The notes beneath the pieces are model-generated. The model was not told where the DNA came from, ran no database searches, and saw nothing but the letters and a program-made list of their open reading frames with translations. This document shows, piece by piece, positions 1-13,979 of a DNA stretch of 64,000 bases (within the stretch, counting starts at the first letter, position 1; each line of letters opens with the position of its first letter). Origin of the DNA: Camelus dromedarius (lineage: Eukaryota); NCBI RefSeq assembly GCF_036321535.1, contig NC_087437.1:51710001-51774000 (forward strand). The letters run 5' to 3'. The translations under genes and the position numbers were made by a program.

Positions 1-699
1 TCTGTGTCAACTGCTCTGAGGCTTCATGAAGAAAGACATGGGATAAACTTGCTTTCCCCACACTTCAGTCATGTAGGCCCCTCCTCTATGCTGGCAAGGC
101 GGTGTCCAGGGGAGAACAGACCACTGGCTCTGCCCCTCAGTGATGGGTGGCTGGGGTCCTTGACCTGCTGCCTGCATCAGCGTCACCTGGGAGCCGCTGT
201 GCCCCCAAGGGCCCCACACTTAGTCTGGAGTGGGCTGCGTCTGGCATCATTTAGAAGCTGCCCAGGAGATGCTGTTGTGCAGTCAGGCTGAAGGCCACTG
301 GGTTGGAGGATTGTAGTCAGGCTGCTGGGCAGTGCTGAGGCCCACCTGAGGTGAGGGTGGAGAACTACACCTTTGTCTGCATGCAGCGTGCTGGGCTGTG
401 AACGTTTAACACAGGGCTCTGATGAACCCTGGTTCCAGGGCACCACTGACGGCAGAAGTGCAGGTACTTGAACAAAGCTTGAAACGTGATGACTAAGCTT
501 ACCTCATTCTCCCTCCTTAGATGGAAACTGAGGCCCTTAATTAGGACCACAAATTCCACTATGGGGAGGTTGAGTCTGGGTAGAGGTTGATTTCCTGTCT
601 CTCTAATTCCCGGAGTTTCCCTGGCTCCACTCTGTTACTCAGAAAGGAGAAGCATTCGGTCCTCCCCCATTGGAGTTTCTTCACATTTTGTGGGTCATT

Positions 700-1900
700 T
701 GCCACCAAAGGATGTAATTGTTCATCCAGTGCCCTCTGGTGGTGACTTTTATGAGGCTCTGATTTCACAGGCATCCTAGGGGTTGGAGTTCAGAGGAGGC
801 AGTACCTAGATGTACCTGGATGTGGCTTGGTAAGGGGAATCCAGCCCTTGGGACCAAGTGTAACCTCCATATCTGTGCTGTGGCCACTGTGCCCATCATG
901 CTGCCACTGGGGTGTCCAATGACAGAGGCTGGCTGACATCCAATGACTGAATCATTTCATCTACTCGGTTGTTCTGTGCCTCTTCTATAGTAGATGCTCT
1001 CTGGTGGGTGTTAACATGTGATCCGGAGATCTTCACACTTGGACCCACTCCCATATGTCTACTCACATCCTCTGCCTGGTCCTCCTGGTCCTCCTCATCC
1101 AACCTTTTTCCTTCCAGGCCCCTGACCAGTCAGCCACTGCCTGTGTATTTTACGTATTTTAACTTCACGACCCATCTCTTCACACAAAGGGGATGATGAG
1201 ATGTACCATCTGAAACTCTGCCTATTTGCTAGAGGGTTTCCTCCCTGTTTTTTCAAGGCCATGAGGAGGCTGTAGGTACTGTTATTTTCAGTTTGCACAT
1301 ACATAGGAAGCTGCTCTATCTGTAACCCAGGCCTGGGTTTTTTCTTCCTCTTTTGGCTGGCTGGACAGTAATCCCTCTAGCCATGGGCACGAGCTGAGGG
1401 GGGCGCTCTGGGACAACAGTGGTGGGGCCGTGCAGCTTGCCTGTGCCTTCAGGTCCTGCCCATGCTCAGCCCTGGCTGTACCATCTCCACCTTACAGTAG
1501 ACCGATACTGGGCACGCCGGACCTTATAACTTGGGAGGTCTGAAAAGACCCAGCTCTCAGTGGACAGCTCTGGCTGCTTGGTCACTTGGTGCCCCGTGGA
1601 AGTGTGTTTTGTTGCACAGGCTGATGCATAGCTCTCTGCTGCAGAGGGCATGACCTTGCTGGAAAACGCAGGGTTCTCACTGTGAGTCTCCCATGGGAGC
1701 TTGCCACCAACCCCTCAAGGCACCTTTTCCCACCACCGAAACCTTCAGCGCCAAAATGTCAGCTGGGTCATGTGGCTCAAGTGACGGAGCTGCTTGTGTG
1801 TTGGGTAACACAGGGCCACTTGCAGACACTAGAGTGGAGGCGCCTGAGAGGGGGCTTCCCCTTCCTTCTCAGGTGAGGCTCTGCAGGCTATCATGTTAAG
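700..1900 (-). mobile_element. Decayed ERV-L/MaLR internal region (pol: RT connection/RNase H remnants); may extend to the window start
   Basis: Minus-strand peptides GHQVTKQPELSTESWVFSDLPSYKVRRAQYRSTVRWRWY and HVNTHQRASTIEEAQNNRVDEMIQSLDVSQPLS resemble ERV-L pol; broken by stops and frameshifts. Confidence 0.75.
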
Positions 1901-4900
1901 CTCTTAGAAAGAGAGTGAGAAGCAGAGAAAGAAAATGAAGTTGCTCTTTGCTTGTCCACAGTGTGTTGCTTTGGACCTTTTTATGCATACATCTCCCAAC
2001 TAGCTGTGGGTTCCTTTCGGGCAGAATTAGAATCACAGCTCCTCTACCCACATAGCTCTGTGATCCCGGGCAAGCCGCCTCACTTCTCTGAGCCTCGATG
2101 TCCCCTTCTGTAAACTGGTGATAATGTCAGAGCCCACGGCACCGCAGCGCTTTGAGCATTAAGAGAGACAGAAGAGCACACAAGCCCCGAAACAGTATCC
2201 GCACAGTCAGCACTCCTTAAAGGCTTGCTACCGTCCTTCTCCCCATGACCCTCTGCCAAAAGACCCACCCAACCCCAGGGCTCAGTGAGTCTGTGCTAAC
2301 GTGTTAGTGGGTGTCGATGAGTTCATGTAACCTTTGGGTCACATGTGGTTGACATGTGTGCATTTTAACAGGCTCGTTTACAGTGACTCTAATGATGTGT
2401 GGATTGTCTGGGGGCTGCGGGGTTGTTCTCAAGTTGTAAACTCGCCTCTGCTTGGCTTCACGTTCTCCTCCGAGTCTCCAGCCTACCCTGCAGCCCGGAG
2501 TCTGCCCACAGCCACCTCTCATGGGCTCTTAAATCCCAGGACTGCAGGGTGTACGTGCATGTGGTTTATGTGGTTGTGTTGTTTGTGTGTATGTGTGCAG
2601 TTTATGTTTTGTATGTATGTGTGTGTCCTGTAGTTAAGTCCGCAGAAGCAGAAAAAAGCCACAGAGTGACCCTCCCTGGGTGCCACAACTTCATCCATCT
2701 CTGAGGGCTCTGAGCACCTCCCTGCTCCCCCAACTTGACTGCAGACAACACCTGTGCCCTGATCATTGTATCTCAGCATGGAGCCCGGATTTGGGGAAAT
2801 GAGTGTTTCATTCTGTAGTACTTTGCTAGCTGAATAGAAAGGAAGCGGTCCTGGGATGGTCTTTTCTGGGCAGTGCTGCAGTGCCCTCTAGTGGATTCTC
2901 TCTGAACTTCTTAAGGCTTGTGGTTACCCTAGTCCTTCAGCTGTAAAGCTCAGAAGTCTGTTGTCCTGGGAATCCAGCCAGGCTTGGCCACCATGGCTGT
3001 TGGTCATTCCTGTGCCTTGCAGAGAGAGAGGCTCAGTAGGAGCTGAGGCTCTATGGGGGCAAGGCTGGGCTCAGACTGGGGAGGGGGTTGATGGCAGCCA
3101 ACCAGCTCAGAGCCTGCGGGCAGGGTAGCATGGGAAAGCTGGACCTCTCACGTTCTCCCCACCTCTCTCTTCTCTTTTTCTTCTCAGACAGAAATGACTC
3201 AACAAATGCCCTGATTCTGTTCATTTAAAAAGGGTACCTAAGACAAGATGACACATAAAGATAAAAATCCTGATGGCTTATGCTTGCACACCCGTATTTA
3301 AAATCCATCAGTAAGCCTTGTTGGTTCTGGATCCAAAACACATCCCAAATCCATCCTCACTGCCAGACCATTGCCTGAGCCACCATCATCTCCAGTTTGA
3401 ATGATCCCAGTAGCCTCCCAGCCCACCCTCTGGGTTCTGCTCTTCCTCCCCTACAATCCAGACTCCACATAATATTAGAATGTTCTTTTGAAATCATAAA
3501 TCAGATCCTGTTGCCACACCTCTGTTTAAGAATGCTTCATTTGTCCCCCATTTCACTTGAATAAAATCCAGACTCTGTCCTGTGGCCTACGAGACCCAAT
3601 GTGTGGAAAGATGTTACTCCAGAGGGTGGACCCAGGTCCAAATGATGGGAGTTGCAGAGCCTGAACTTTGACTCAGAGAAGGAAGGAATTTTCTAGTCTT
3701 CAAGCTGTTCGGGTTGTCTATCCAGGGAGGGGTGAGGTCTTGCTGTGGAAAGTGCAGTGCTGCTGCTGAGAAGATTTTGTACAGGGTGGGCTGAAGGCTG
3801 GATTGGGGACCTCCGGCTGCCTACTGGCACCAGAATTCTCTATCTCCAGGAATAAGACATGTGGAAAAGGAAATTTCCACTTTATTGGTGGTGGCGAGAT
3901 GAATAGAATTTGAGCATGGGCAGTAGCTCTTTAGGAACACTTCCTCCAGTGAGGAGCACCATAGTCGACGGGCAGCCCTTTCTGTCTGTCAACACTTCAG
4001 ATGTTGCAGGCCAAGTATGTCTGCCTCCCTGAAACTTCCTCCTCTCGGCGCCCTGTGCTTCCCTTTTGCAGAGTTCTGAGCACTCTTCCAAAACTATGCT
4101 GGGGATAGTGCTGTGTGTTAGGGGTGTGAGGATGCCAGGTGCAAACTCTCCTGTCGAGAATTTCACAGACCAGGGGCGTCCAGGCTGGCCAGCAGTCACA
4201 GCACCTTAAGGATGCTTGGACTTGGGGGAGTAAGTGGCAGGGGGCACACACAGGAACTGAAGTGTGTCAGACCTCAACCCTGGCTGGACATCAGCATCAT
4301 CCAGGAAGCCATGTGGTCATGGTATCTGGAGATTCCAAGGGTGGGGCCCAGGCTTGGGTGGTTTTTAACGATCAGGTAGTTCTAGGGTGAGTAAGATTGT
4401 GGACCCTGGCGTAGCTGGGAAGCGTTTCATCTTTGAGACACTTGGATTAGAATCCCAATGTTGCCACTTGGCAGCCATGGGGCTGTGGCATCTACCTCTG
4501 TAGTCCTGTGAATGATCGGGCCGAGGAATAGGAGGGGAGGAAGAGGGAGACCAGGAGAGGTCTCTTGAGCAATGGACATGGCCAGAGAACACAGGTTGGA
4601 GCAGGGTGTCTTTGCAAATGGCCACATCTCACAGGCCCAGCTGCACCCCAGGCCCCGGGAACAGTGGTGGGCACAGTTTCCATTTCTGGAGAACCTGCCC
4701 ACCAGGCCTACTGCAGAAGGAGCCAAGATGGCGCATTTAAGTAGGGAGCGCGGTACATCCTTACAAGACATGGTGGAAGGATTTTCACCACCACCCTATG
4801 CGGTGGGTATCACAGGTACCCCCATCACAGAGAAAGAAATGGGTGCATTACTGAGAGGTTAAGTAGTGTGTCTAAGGCACTTGAAGTTAAGTTCTGAACT

Positions 4901-5073
4901 GGAATTAGAATGCAGACCTGTCTCAGGCAAAAGCACAGAATGGGTCTTCCTTACTCACCATCCAGCTTAAGAAATAATTACAGACACAGTTGAAGCCTCT
5001 GCATTCTCCTCTGATCCCTTTGCCTCTCTCCCCTGCAACCGCTCTCCTGAATTTGTCTATCATTTTCATGCAT

Positions 5074-5609
5074 TTTTTTAAATTGAAGTACAGTCAATTA
5101 CAATGTGTCAATGCCCGGTGTACAGCACAATGTCCCAGTCATGCATATATATACATATATTCATTTTCACATTTTTTTCATTAAAGGTTATTACAAGATA
5201 TTGAACATAGTTCCCTGTGCTATACAGAAGAATCTTTTTTAAAATCTGTTTTTATATATAGTGGCTAACATTTGTAGATCTCAAACTCCCAAATTTATCC
5301 CTTCCCTCCCCCTTTCCCCCAGAAACCATAAGATTGTTTACTATGTCTGTGAGTCTGTTTCTGTTTTGTAGATGAGTTCATAGTGTCCTTTTTTTTTAGA
5401 TTCCATATATGAGTGATATCATATGGCATTTTTCTTTCTCTTTCTGGCTTACTTCACTTAGAATGACGATTTCTAGGGCCATCTATTTTGCTGCAAACGG
5501 CATTATTTTATTCTTTTTATGGCTGAGTAGTATTCCAGTGTATAAATATACCACAACTTCTTTATCCAGTCATCTGTCGATGGACATTTAGGCTGCTTCC
5601 ATGTCTTGG
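5074..5609 (-). mobile_element. 5'-truncated LINE-1 3' end (relatively young)
   Basis: Poly-T then typical L1 3'UTR/ORF2-end text (gagtgatatcatatggc...acttcacttagaatgac...tttatggctgagtagtattcc); flanked by TTCATGCAT at 5065-5073 and 5610-5618. Confidence 0.85.
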
Positions 5610-5804
5610 TTCATGCATCTTTATATACCTTTATCATACATGCAAAAACTCATACAGTATCTAGCATCCTATTGCATGTTTAGAATCGTTTATAGACAGC
5701 ATCATAGTGAAGAAATGCTCCGGCAGTTGGCATTTTTCTCTCAAAATTGTTCTTGACATTTATCCATGTTGATACATATATCTCTAATTTATGTTTTATC
5801 ATCA

Positions 5805-6371
5805 CTAAATTTTTTATTTTTGTATTTTTAAAAATTGGGATATAACTGACATATAACACTGTGTTAGTTTCAGGTGGACAACGTAATGATTTGATATATG
5901 TACATACTGTGAAAAGATCACCACAGTTAGTCCAGTTAGCATTCATCACCACACATAATTATAGTTTTTTTTCTTGTGATGAAAACTTTTAACATCTACT
6001 CTTTTAGCAACTTTCAAATATACAATTTAGTACTGTTAGCTGTGGTCATCATGCTACACATTACATCCTCAGCACTTATAACTAGAAGCTTGTACCTTTT
6101 GACCACCTTCACCCATTTCACGTACGCCCTTATCTCCTACCCCTGGCAACCATCAATCAGCCTTCTGTATGCACAAGTACAGGTTTTTTTTAGATCCTAC
6201 GTATAAGTGAGATCATAGTATTTGTCTTTCTCTGTGACTTACTGCACTTAGCATAATGCCCTTCAAGTCCATCCATGTTTTGTACATTTTCATGTACCTG
6301 TTGGCCATCTGTATGTCTTCTTTGGAAAAATATCTATTCAGATCTTCTGTGCATTTGTCAATCAGATTGTA
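5805..6371 (-). mobile_element. Second LINE-1 3' fragment (L1MA-like) inside an older L1 remnant spanning ~4960-6640
   Basis: L1 3'UTR-like text (gatataactgacatataacactgtgttagtttcagg...; ttggccatctgtatgtcttctttggaaaaat); flanked by TTTATCATCA at 5795-5804 and 6372-6381. Confidence 0.75.
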
Positions 6372-6953
6372 TTTATCATCATTTTTTAAAAGCTATGATT
6401 CTGTTGATGGACCTTTGGGCTGCTCTTAGTTTTCTACTATTAAAGACAAAGCTGCCACAGACATTTCTGTGTGGGTATCCTCCCACACACATGAGAGTGT
6501 CGCAGGGGTGTACGTCCCGGAGTGGAATTACTGGGCTCAGAACATTGCGCTCTTCAAATTTCTTGTGCAGTCTACGTGCCAGTTGTGGACCAGAGTTTCT
6601 GTTGCCCTGTGCTCTCACCCACACTTGGTAGAGCCAGATTTCAACGGACAAGCCTACCTTCCTCTTCTGTGCTGAATAACCCTCTGTGATAAAGACAACA
6701 GAAGAGTAGTTACACAGGGAATGCAGCTTGACTATGTTCTTGGCTACTAAGTCCTCGGCAAAGTCTGGATGGAGGTCACTAAGGCAAGCTGTGCCATTAT
6801 TAATTCAGAAAGAACATCCTGCTAAGAAACATGGAGTGAGAGACATGGAGTGGAGTGTGCTGGGAATTTGGATAGGCCTGTTGGCCATCTCCACAGACAA
6901 TCTGCTTCAAGACACCATCCTTTTGTTTCGACCTTTTGTTCAAGGGAATAAAT

Positions 6954-7086
6954 AGGGAGCCCCAACTTCTGGGTTTGCCTGGGGTGATCCCAGTTTATGC
7001 CAGCTGTCCCAGCAAAATTATTAGGAGCACCTCCTTTGACTCTCTAAAGTGCTTAGGTTTGAAAGAGAAATGATACAGTCACCCTA
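6954..7086. mobile_element. MER94-like non-autonomous hAT DNA transposon
   Basis: ~130 bp ending GTCACCCTA, with an internal cctttgactctctaaagtg core; similar to the copy at 29443. Confidence 0.55.
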
Positions 7087-10000
7087 GCTGTAAAAGCAGC
7101 AATTCAGATCAATTTCCCATCCAAAATATTCAGATTTCTGGTACTCTGCTGTGGTCATTGTGGAGGTGATTGAGGGCCAGAAAGCCCACATGTTTTGAAT
7201 CATGGGAGCAGAGCTGCCACCGTTGCTGCAAAAACAAAGTTTAAGATGGAGGTAGGAGCCCTCAAAAGCTTTCAGAGAGGGAGCTGACCACAGCCCAGAA
7301 GCCCTTCCCCTGAGAAGGTCTGGAGCGCTCACTGCGGAGGCCTCGCCCTACTTCTTGGTCACTGCCCGTGGGACAGCCTGCGTGCCCGGCAGCCTGGCGG
7401 GTGCTCCTCCTCCCAATCTCCTCAAGATCAGAACCCGTTCCAGGCCACCAGACAGTGCTCCCTGCCAGCCCTTTTATGCAAACAGTTCCTGGATGTGCTT
7501 CGCGAGTTGTGGCCAACCTCTTGTGACAATACCTCCTGGAGTTACAAAGAAATCTTTTGTGAGCAGCCGGCTCCAGCTGACAGCTTGTGGATGGCTGGAC
7601 TCCCCCTGGTGCTTTCTTTTCTAGACAGCCCCCTCACTCCCGTCCATTCAGTTCAGGACAATCTGGGATCCTAGTTGGATAATTGGGCCACTTGATCAAC
7701 CTGAAGAGGTAGGTCAGGGCGGCCTTCCAGCATTAAAACTTCCGGAGGAAATGACAGGACACAAGGGAGATCCGTCGGGGGAGACAGCTCAGAGCACCAG
7801 CATTCAGAGGTTCCCTTCCAGCGCTGTGCCACCTCCCAAGTAAAGGCTTCCAGCTCAGCAGTGTGCTCACAGGACCAAGGCTTATCCTTAGAAATAAGTC
7901 CATGTGGGATTTCCAACTGAGCGGCCTTGGCAGCCTAGCCTCTTACTTTAAAGAGTAGACACACTGGGGATGACTCCAACCAGTGGCGTTTTAAGACTCC
8001 TCCATGAAGTCTTTGTTGAGTTGTCCCCACCCCACCTTAGCCCAGATAATAGTGTACCTTCTTGCTGTTGTGCCTCCCCCGTCATCCAGGATGAGTGTGT
8101 GTTTGTATTCACACACATACACATACCTGTCACAGCACAGTTATTCCTCCAAGGACAGTGACAGTCTCTCATTTATTTCCATATTCCTCTTTATGGACTA
8201 GGAACTCAATAAAAGTTTGTTAAATGAAAAAATGAGTCAATCCTTCACCCGGGGGGTTAATCCCAGAAACAGACTGGATGGAGGAACTTAAATGATATTG
8301 TCAAGCTTCTTTTTGTCTTTTGCACTTCCTCGCTGTCTCATTTTCTGTTATCCAGACAGATGGTTTCCATATTTGGGGAGGATAGTCACCAGCAAGCCCT
8401 AAGTCACAGCATTTCAGCTCTGGGAAAGGAAGGCAGCTCCATGGTCTTCCCCTAGTCCCCTGATCACTCCTGGGGACATGGGGTGGGGTCCACCTACAGG
8501 AGGGCCCACTAGGATAGGGTGATTGCACTGGGGGAGAAACAGTTCCCCAAAATAGGGGGATTGAGGCAGTCCTGAAGAGACGGGGATAACGGACATCCAG
8601 AACAATAGCATTGAAGCTTGAAGAATTCCTGCGAAGAGAGATTTGGAGCTGGAGACCAGGGCAGCTCCTGCAGGACGGATGACTCTGGCATCTCTTAATG
8701 ACCACAGCTGAGGAACTTAGGCCTGACCAAGTTTGACAAGGACCATCCCCTCTGCAAGAAAAGCAAGTGGCTATATCAGCAAACGATCAACTTCCGACCA
8801 CAGTAAGCAGATGTTTACTGAGGACCTGCTAAACGTCAGACACTGTCTGGCAGGGGTGGTGGTGCTGGTGGTGGTCAGCGGTCAGCAAAGCATCGGAAGC
8901 CCTGCTCTCACGTGGCTCGCCATCGGCTGGGGGCCCACATCTGCTGAATGGTCTCCACCGAGCCTCATCCCTGGCTTTGGTTCTGAGGTGGCTGGGATGG
9001 AGGCCACTTCCCAACTGCTAATGTTCTTGAAACTGCGCTTGACGGGCGCGGCCTCATTTCACCCTGGCGTCAGTGCTATGATGTAGATGTTAGGATTTAG
9101 AGTGAGAAACAGGCCCTATCCTAAGCAAAGAGAGAGGGAGGGAGGGAGAGGGGAGGAAGGGAGGGAGGGAGGATGAAGAGGAAGAGAAAGGGGGATCACA
9201 GAACTGAAGGAAAACAGAAACAGCCCGGCTTTGGGCTGGGCCGGGCCAGGACCAGGGCTCGCCATGGCTGCATGTGGACTCTGTCTAGAGGACACTGCTC
9301 CATGGCCTGCATGAGCTACCCTCGGTCCCCGTGACTTCTCTCAAGAGGCCGGTTCCCAGGACAAGGCTCTGATGGTCCTGACCTGGGCCAGTGCCCACCT
9401 GTGACTGTTGATCAGGTTCTGTGACTGGCAACCCTGTCGTGTGGCATTGAGGAAGGGTGGATCTCTCAAAGGACGGGTGAGAAACAGGGAAGCTTGTTGG
9501 AGACAGACAAAAACAGCAGCTGGGAATCACCTATGTGATGTTATTACCTCCATTTTTCAGGTGAGGAAATGGAGGCTCAGAGAGGTTATATGACTTGCTC
9601 AAGGTCACGCTGATGGTGAGTGATAGGACTTAAACCCAACCAGCTTGATTGCAGAGCTTCCACTCTAATCATACTAGGGATCGGTGACTGCGGGGGTAAC
9701 TCACTTAGTGGCAAACAGTAGTTTAACAGGGTAACATAGTTGTTAAGAGTTTGGAGACCAGTTAGAAGGTAAGTACAATCAAAAAGGCAGGAAAGGAAGG
9801 ACTAATTTATATCAAGGCAGAGCTACGATGGATAGGAGGACATGAATGACGAGAGCGCAGGAAAAGAAATGGTAAGTAGCTGAAACCTGTCACGGTTGAT
9901 AACAAATGGGACGTAGGAAGCGGAGGAGTCTGTGCAGACGCTGGGGTCTCTGGTGCGGGCCCCCGGTGGATGGGACTGTCCCTCACTGAGGAGCAGAGCC

Positions 10001-13000
10001 CAGAGGAGGAGGTGGTGGGGCAGGAGTGGAAGGGAGATGAGCATAATTTTGGACATGTTGGATTTGGGGTGCCTGAAGGACACCCACAGGGAGATGTCCA
10101 GGAGCCAGTGGAGAGATGGGGTTTGGAGCCCGGGAAAGAGCTGCGGCCGTAGCCGGCATCCCCCGAGGGCCCTGTGTAGTATCAGACTCACAAAGGCTGC
10201 AGTAGCGGGAAACCAAGCCTGGGGATCATGGCATTTAGGGGTCATTCAGAATACTTTCCGGTTCTGAAAAAATTTCGTGAGAAAACCTCAGGGAAGGGAT
10301 CTCATTTATTTCTGCATATCAGTGCCGTTTTTTCCTGCCCCCCCCCCCCACCTTGTCTTACTCGGCCAGGAAGTCAGTCTTAACATTTCAGCATCCACAC
10401 ACTTCCTGAGCACAGCCTGGTCTGGCCTCTGGAGCCAGCTTTATAACATCACAGCACTTACTACGACGTAATAACTTAATCAGGCCGATAACCATTTCCC
10501 TTGCTAGCCCGGAGCTTCGGTGGAGGCAGGAATCATACCCATCTCGCTCATACTGTCGGAGGTGGGGAAACCCCCACCCCACCCACCCTTTTTCCAGGAA
10601 TGCTGACTTACTTGCTCAGTTTCCAAGGCACAGATAGGGTCACAGTGTATTCAAACTCACCCAGATTCCTGTGGCTCTTCTTCTGCTTCCTTCACCTGTG
10701 TCCCCGAATCTGTAGGACAGCCTTATCTCTTAGGGGCTGGACTCTTCTCCCCTCCTGTCTTTCCAACATGAGTCCCAGGCCCCTGGTATGAAGGGCTCCT
10801 CATTCAGGCCAGTAAGTAGCCCCTGGTAAGGCCCTCAACCAGGCTGTGAGGCTGAGGGGGTGCCCCAGCGGCTCAAAGACTCAAAGAGCCCAGACCAGAG
10901 CTGGCTCCTGCCCTCCAGTCATGGCCATTTATGAAGATCTGTCCCTCGGAGGATCCATCCTAGAGCTTTTGAATATGCAAACACTGAGCTGTGCTCTGAT
11001 GTGCATAGTCCACACACATGCCAGATGATGGTGACATTGCAATTACAATTCTGGGCTCCATCCTGATGCATTTTGGAAGGCCCCGGTCAGTCTGCTGCAA
11101 GTAGCGGTGTAAACCTCTACAACCAACAAAGCGGGAGTCCAAAGGTCTGAAGGGCCTGTTAGGTAGTCGGCGTTTTCTCTGCCCATGAGTAGCCTCCAGA
11201 TCTAATAAAATCTCTCAATGCCTGCATGCCATATTCACAGCAACTCCACAAGCTGGGTGTCACGTCTTCTCGTTATTCTATAATTGTTGTTCAAAGAAAC
11301 TAATTCAGCAGAGCACCCAGCATTAGTAATAATAATAACCAGCATTGACTAATACTGGTAAATGGTGCTGCCATTTACTGGTGACCTACGGTGTGCTAGG
11401 TACTCCATTCAGGCTTTTACATATTTCTCTCATTTAATGCTCCCAACCTCCCTATGAAATTGGTGGTGTTATTTTAGAAATACAGAAATGGAGACTCAGA
11501 GAGATGAAGCAACTTGCTCAGGTCACAAAGCTAATGAGAGGTGGGGTTAGGTTTCTAACCCAGGTCTGACCGACTCTAAAGCCCTTTCCTCTTTCTTGAT
11601 GTGCTGTTCCTCCCTTCAGCTGGGGGTAGGTGGTGCTGCAGGAGGAGGGGATTCTGAGCGCAGCAGCAGGGACCCAGACCTAGCTGAAGAAAGGCATTCC
11701 TGGAAGGAAAGAGCTGTTAGGTCTGACCCCAGGGTGGTAGCTTTGGCAACCAGGGAGGAGAAAACACCTCTGCAGCATGGCCACTGCTGACCCCACCAGT
11801 GACTCCTGGACTGTCCCCACTCCCCAGCACATGATCTGGTGGTCCTCCCTTCCTGCCCCCAAAATTAGACCCACCTGGGAGCTTTTAAAACACATCAGTG
11901 CCAGGCTCTGCCTCTGGCCAGGATCCCTGGGGGTAGGCAGCCTTCATTTTTAAAAACTGCCCGGGTGATTCCAGTGGGTCTCGGGCTGAGAAGCCCTACT
12001 GCTCAGCATTCTCCCCGTTTCATCCTCTCCTGGCCAACTCCTCTTATTCACCAGGCCTTAGTCCTGTCTCTGCTCCATGTCTGCCTCCTTGGGAAGCCTT
12101 CCGAGAACCTGTCACAGAGCAGTCCTTGTCTGGCGGGCTGGGTGCCTGTCTATGCCTGGACCCCATGCCGTCCTGCGCTTGTCCTGTGAGTCCTTGACAC
12201 TCACCCTCCTCCTCTGACTGTGACCTCCCTGAGGACAAGGGGCTGATCTATTGTCTGACACTTGTTCCCCCACAGGTGACTGTTCAATAAACTGGCTGAA
12301 ATGATAAATAGCAAGTTAAAGTCTGTTTCTCTAAAAATGTCCCTTAGTTCCTGATATTTCTTCCTTCCTAATTAAACATGAAAGCCCCAGTCTTTTCCAT
12401 TTTGTTACTTTCCCCATATGTCTGTGGGTATTGGTCCTTAATTAGCACTTTTGGGTCCCTCTGGGTCCTTGCCATCCTCCTGAGCTGGGAGCTGGCTCTC
12501 TGTTCCTGTAGACATTAGTGTTTCCCCAAATAGCTGCTAGAAAAGGAAATGCAGCTTCTCCACAAAAGACAGTTTGCAAACAAGAGCTCTACACAGGCAG
12601 GCTCAAAGGCAACTAAGGTGTCCCCCTCTCTAGGAGATGTTTAAAGCACCTCCACTTAAGCTCACAGAGAGGTTTAGTCAATATTCATCCATTTCCTCCC
12701 CCACCCTCCCTCAAGGGAAGCCAGAACTGAGCTCTTGTTAGAGAGGGTGCCGGCTGCAAAACAGCTTCAGGAGAGTGGAGGGGATGATCCGAGTTGGATG
12801 GGTAGAAGATGAAGGCCAGGAGCTGCCAACAGGGCATTAATTGGCTTTGGAACAGCTGAAAGCCTCACCCAGGCCCAATCACCCCGAGGCAATTTCCAGT
12901 TTCAGAAATCAACTGGGGAGGAAGAGGCCTGCACCTTTCTCACCTACTTGAATGGGCGGCTCAGAAGTGGGGGAAGGAGCCAGGAATCCACAGAGCATCC

Positions 13001-13979
13001 TTCTCGAGCCAACTGCCCAGGGCCTGGAAGGAAGCCAGGCCGCCTGCCTCCTGGGGCTTGGGAACCTGCCCGAGAATAAGGAAGCTGCAGTCCCAGCTCT
13101 GATCGCAAAGAAGAGGTACAGCGAGTGCCTGGCCTGGCGGAGATCCGGGGAGAGGGATGGTGGTTGCCAAAGCACTGGGTGTGGACAACTAGTCTTTGTT
13201 GGATTTCTGGCTCCACTAACTTTCCTCTTCTGAGCTCAGTTTCCTCATCTGAAAATGAGGGTTTTGCTGGGCCAGGTGTCAAAGGTCCTTTCTAGGCCTG
13301 CATTCTGGGGCTACTGAGAAAACAGAGGAAGCAGAGACAGAAAAGTGCTGGAGTCATGGTGGCTCAACTGAGCTCCCTTTCTGGGGGGGATCTGCCATGT
13401 CTGCACATGACGCTGGTTCTCAACAGGAGGCCCTGCCCATGAAGGTGTGAAACGACTCCCCTACCTCTTGGATGAGACACCAGATGAGGAAACTGAAGCC
13501 CAAGGAGCTTTAAAAGACTCCTGCCAGGTCACATGGTAGCCAGCAGGGGATCTTTGTCTACTCCAGGGATGGCAGGTAGGTGTAACTTCAGGTGCCAACT
13601 GAGAGATTGACAAGGGCTGTCTGCCAGCAGCTTGACGTTGAGGGAAGAGTCCATAATGGATGAGCTATGTCTGCCACAGGCTTGGGAGGAGGAAGTGGCA
13701 GCACAAAGACCGCATGTTTGCTGTAGTTATTCATTTAGTAAATTGTTACTGAGAGACTACTTCATGCAGGGCACTGGGCCTTACATGCAGTATTCAGGAG
13801 TATATAAACCAAGCTCTGCTCTTAGGCAGCTAACATTTCAGAAGAGAAGACAGACAATGCACATGTAAACCAATGACTAAATAATATCATCTCAACTAGT
13901 GCTAAGTAGCAGAAGGAAGACAAAATAGGACAAAAGATGACTGGTGCAGAGAGAGGCACCTTGACCTCAGTCTGGACGT

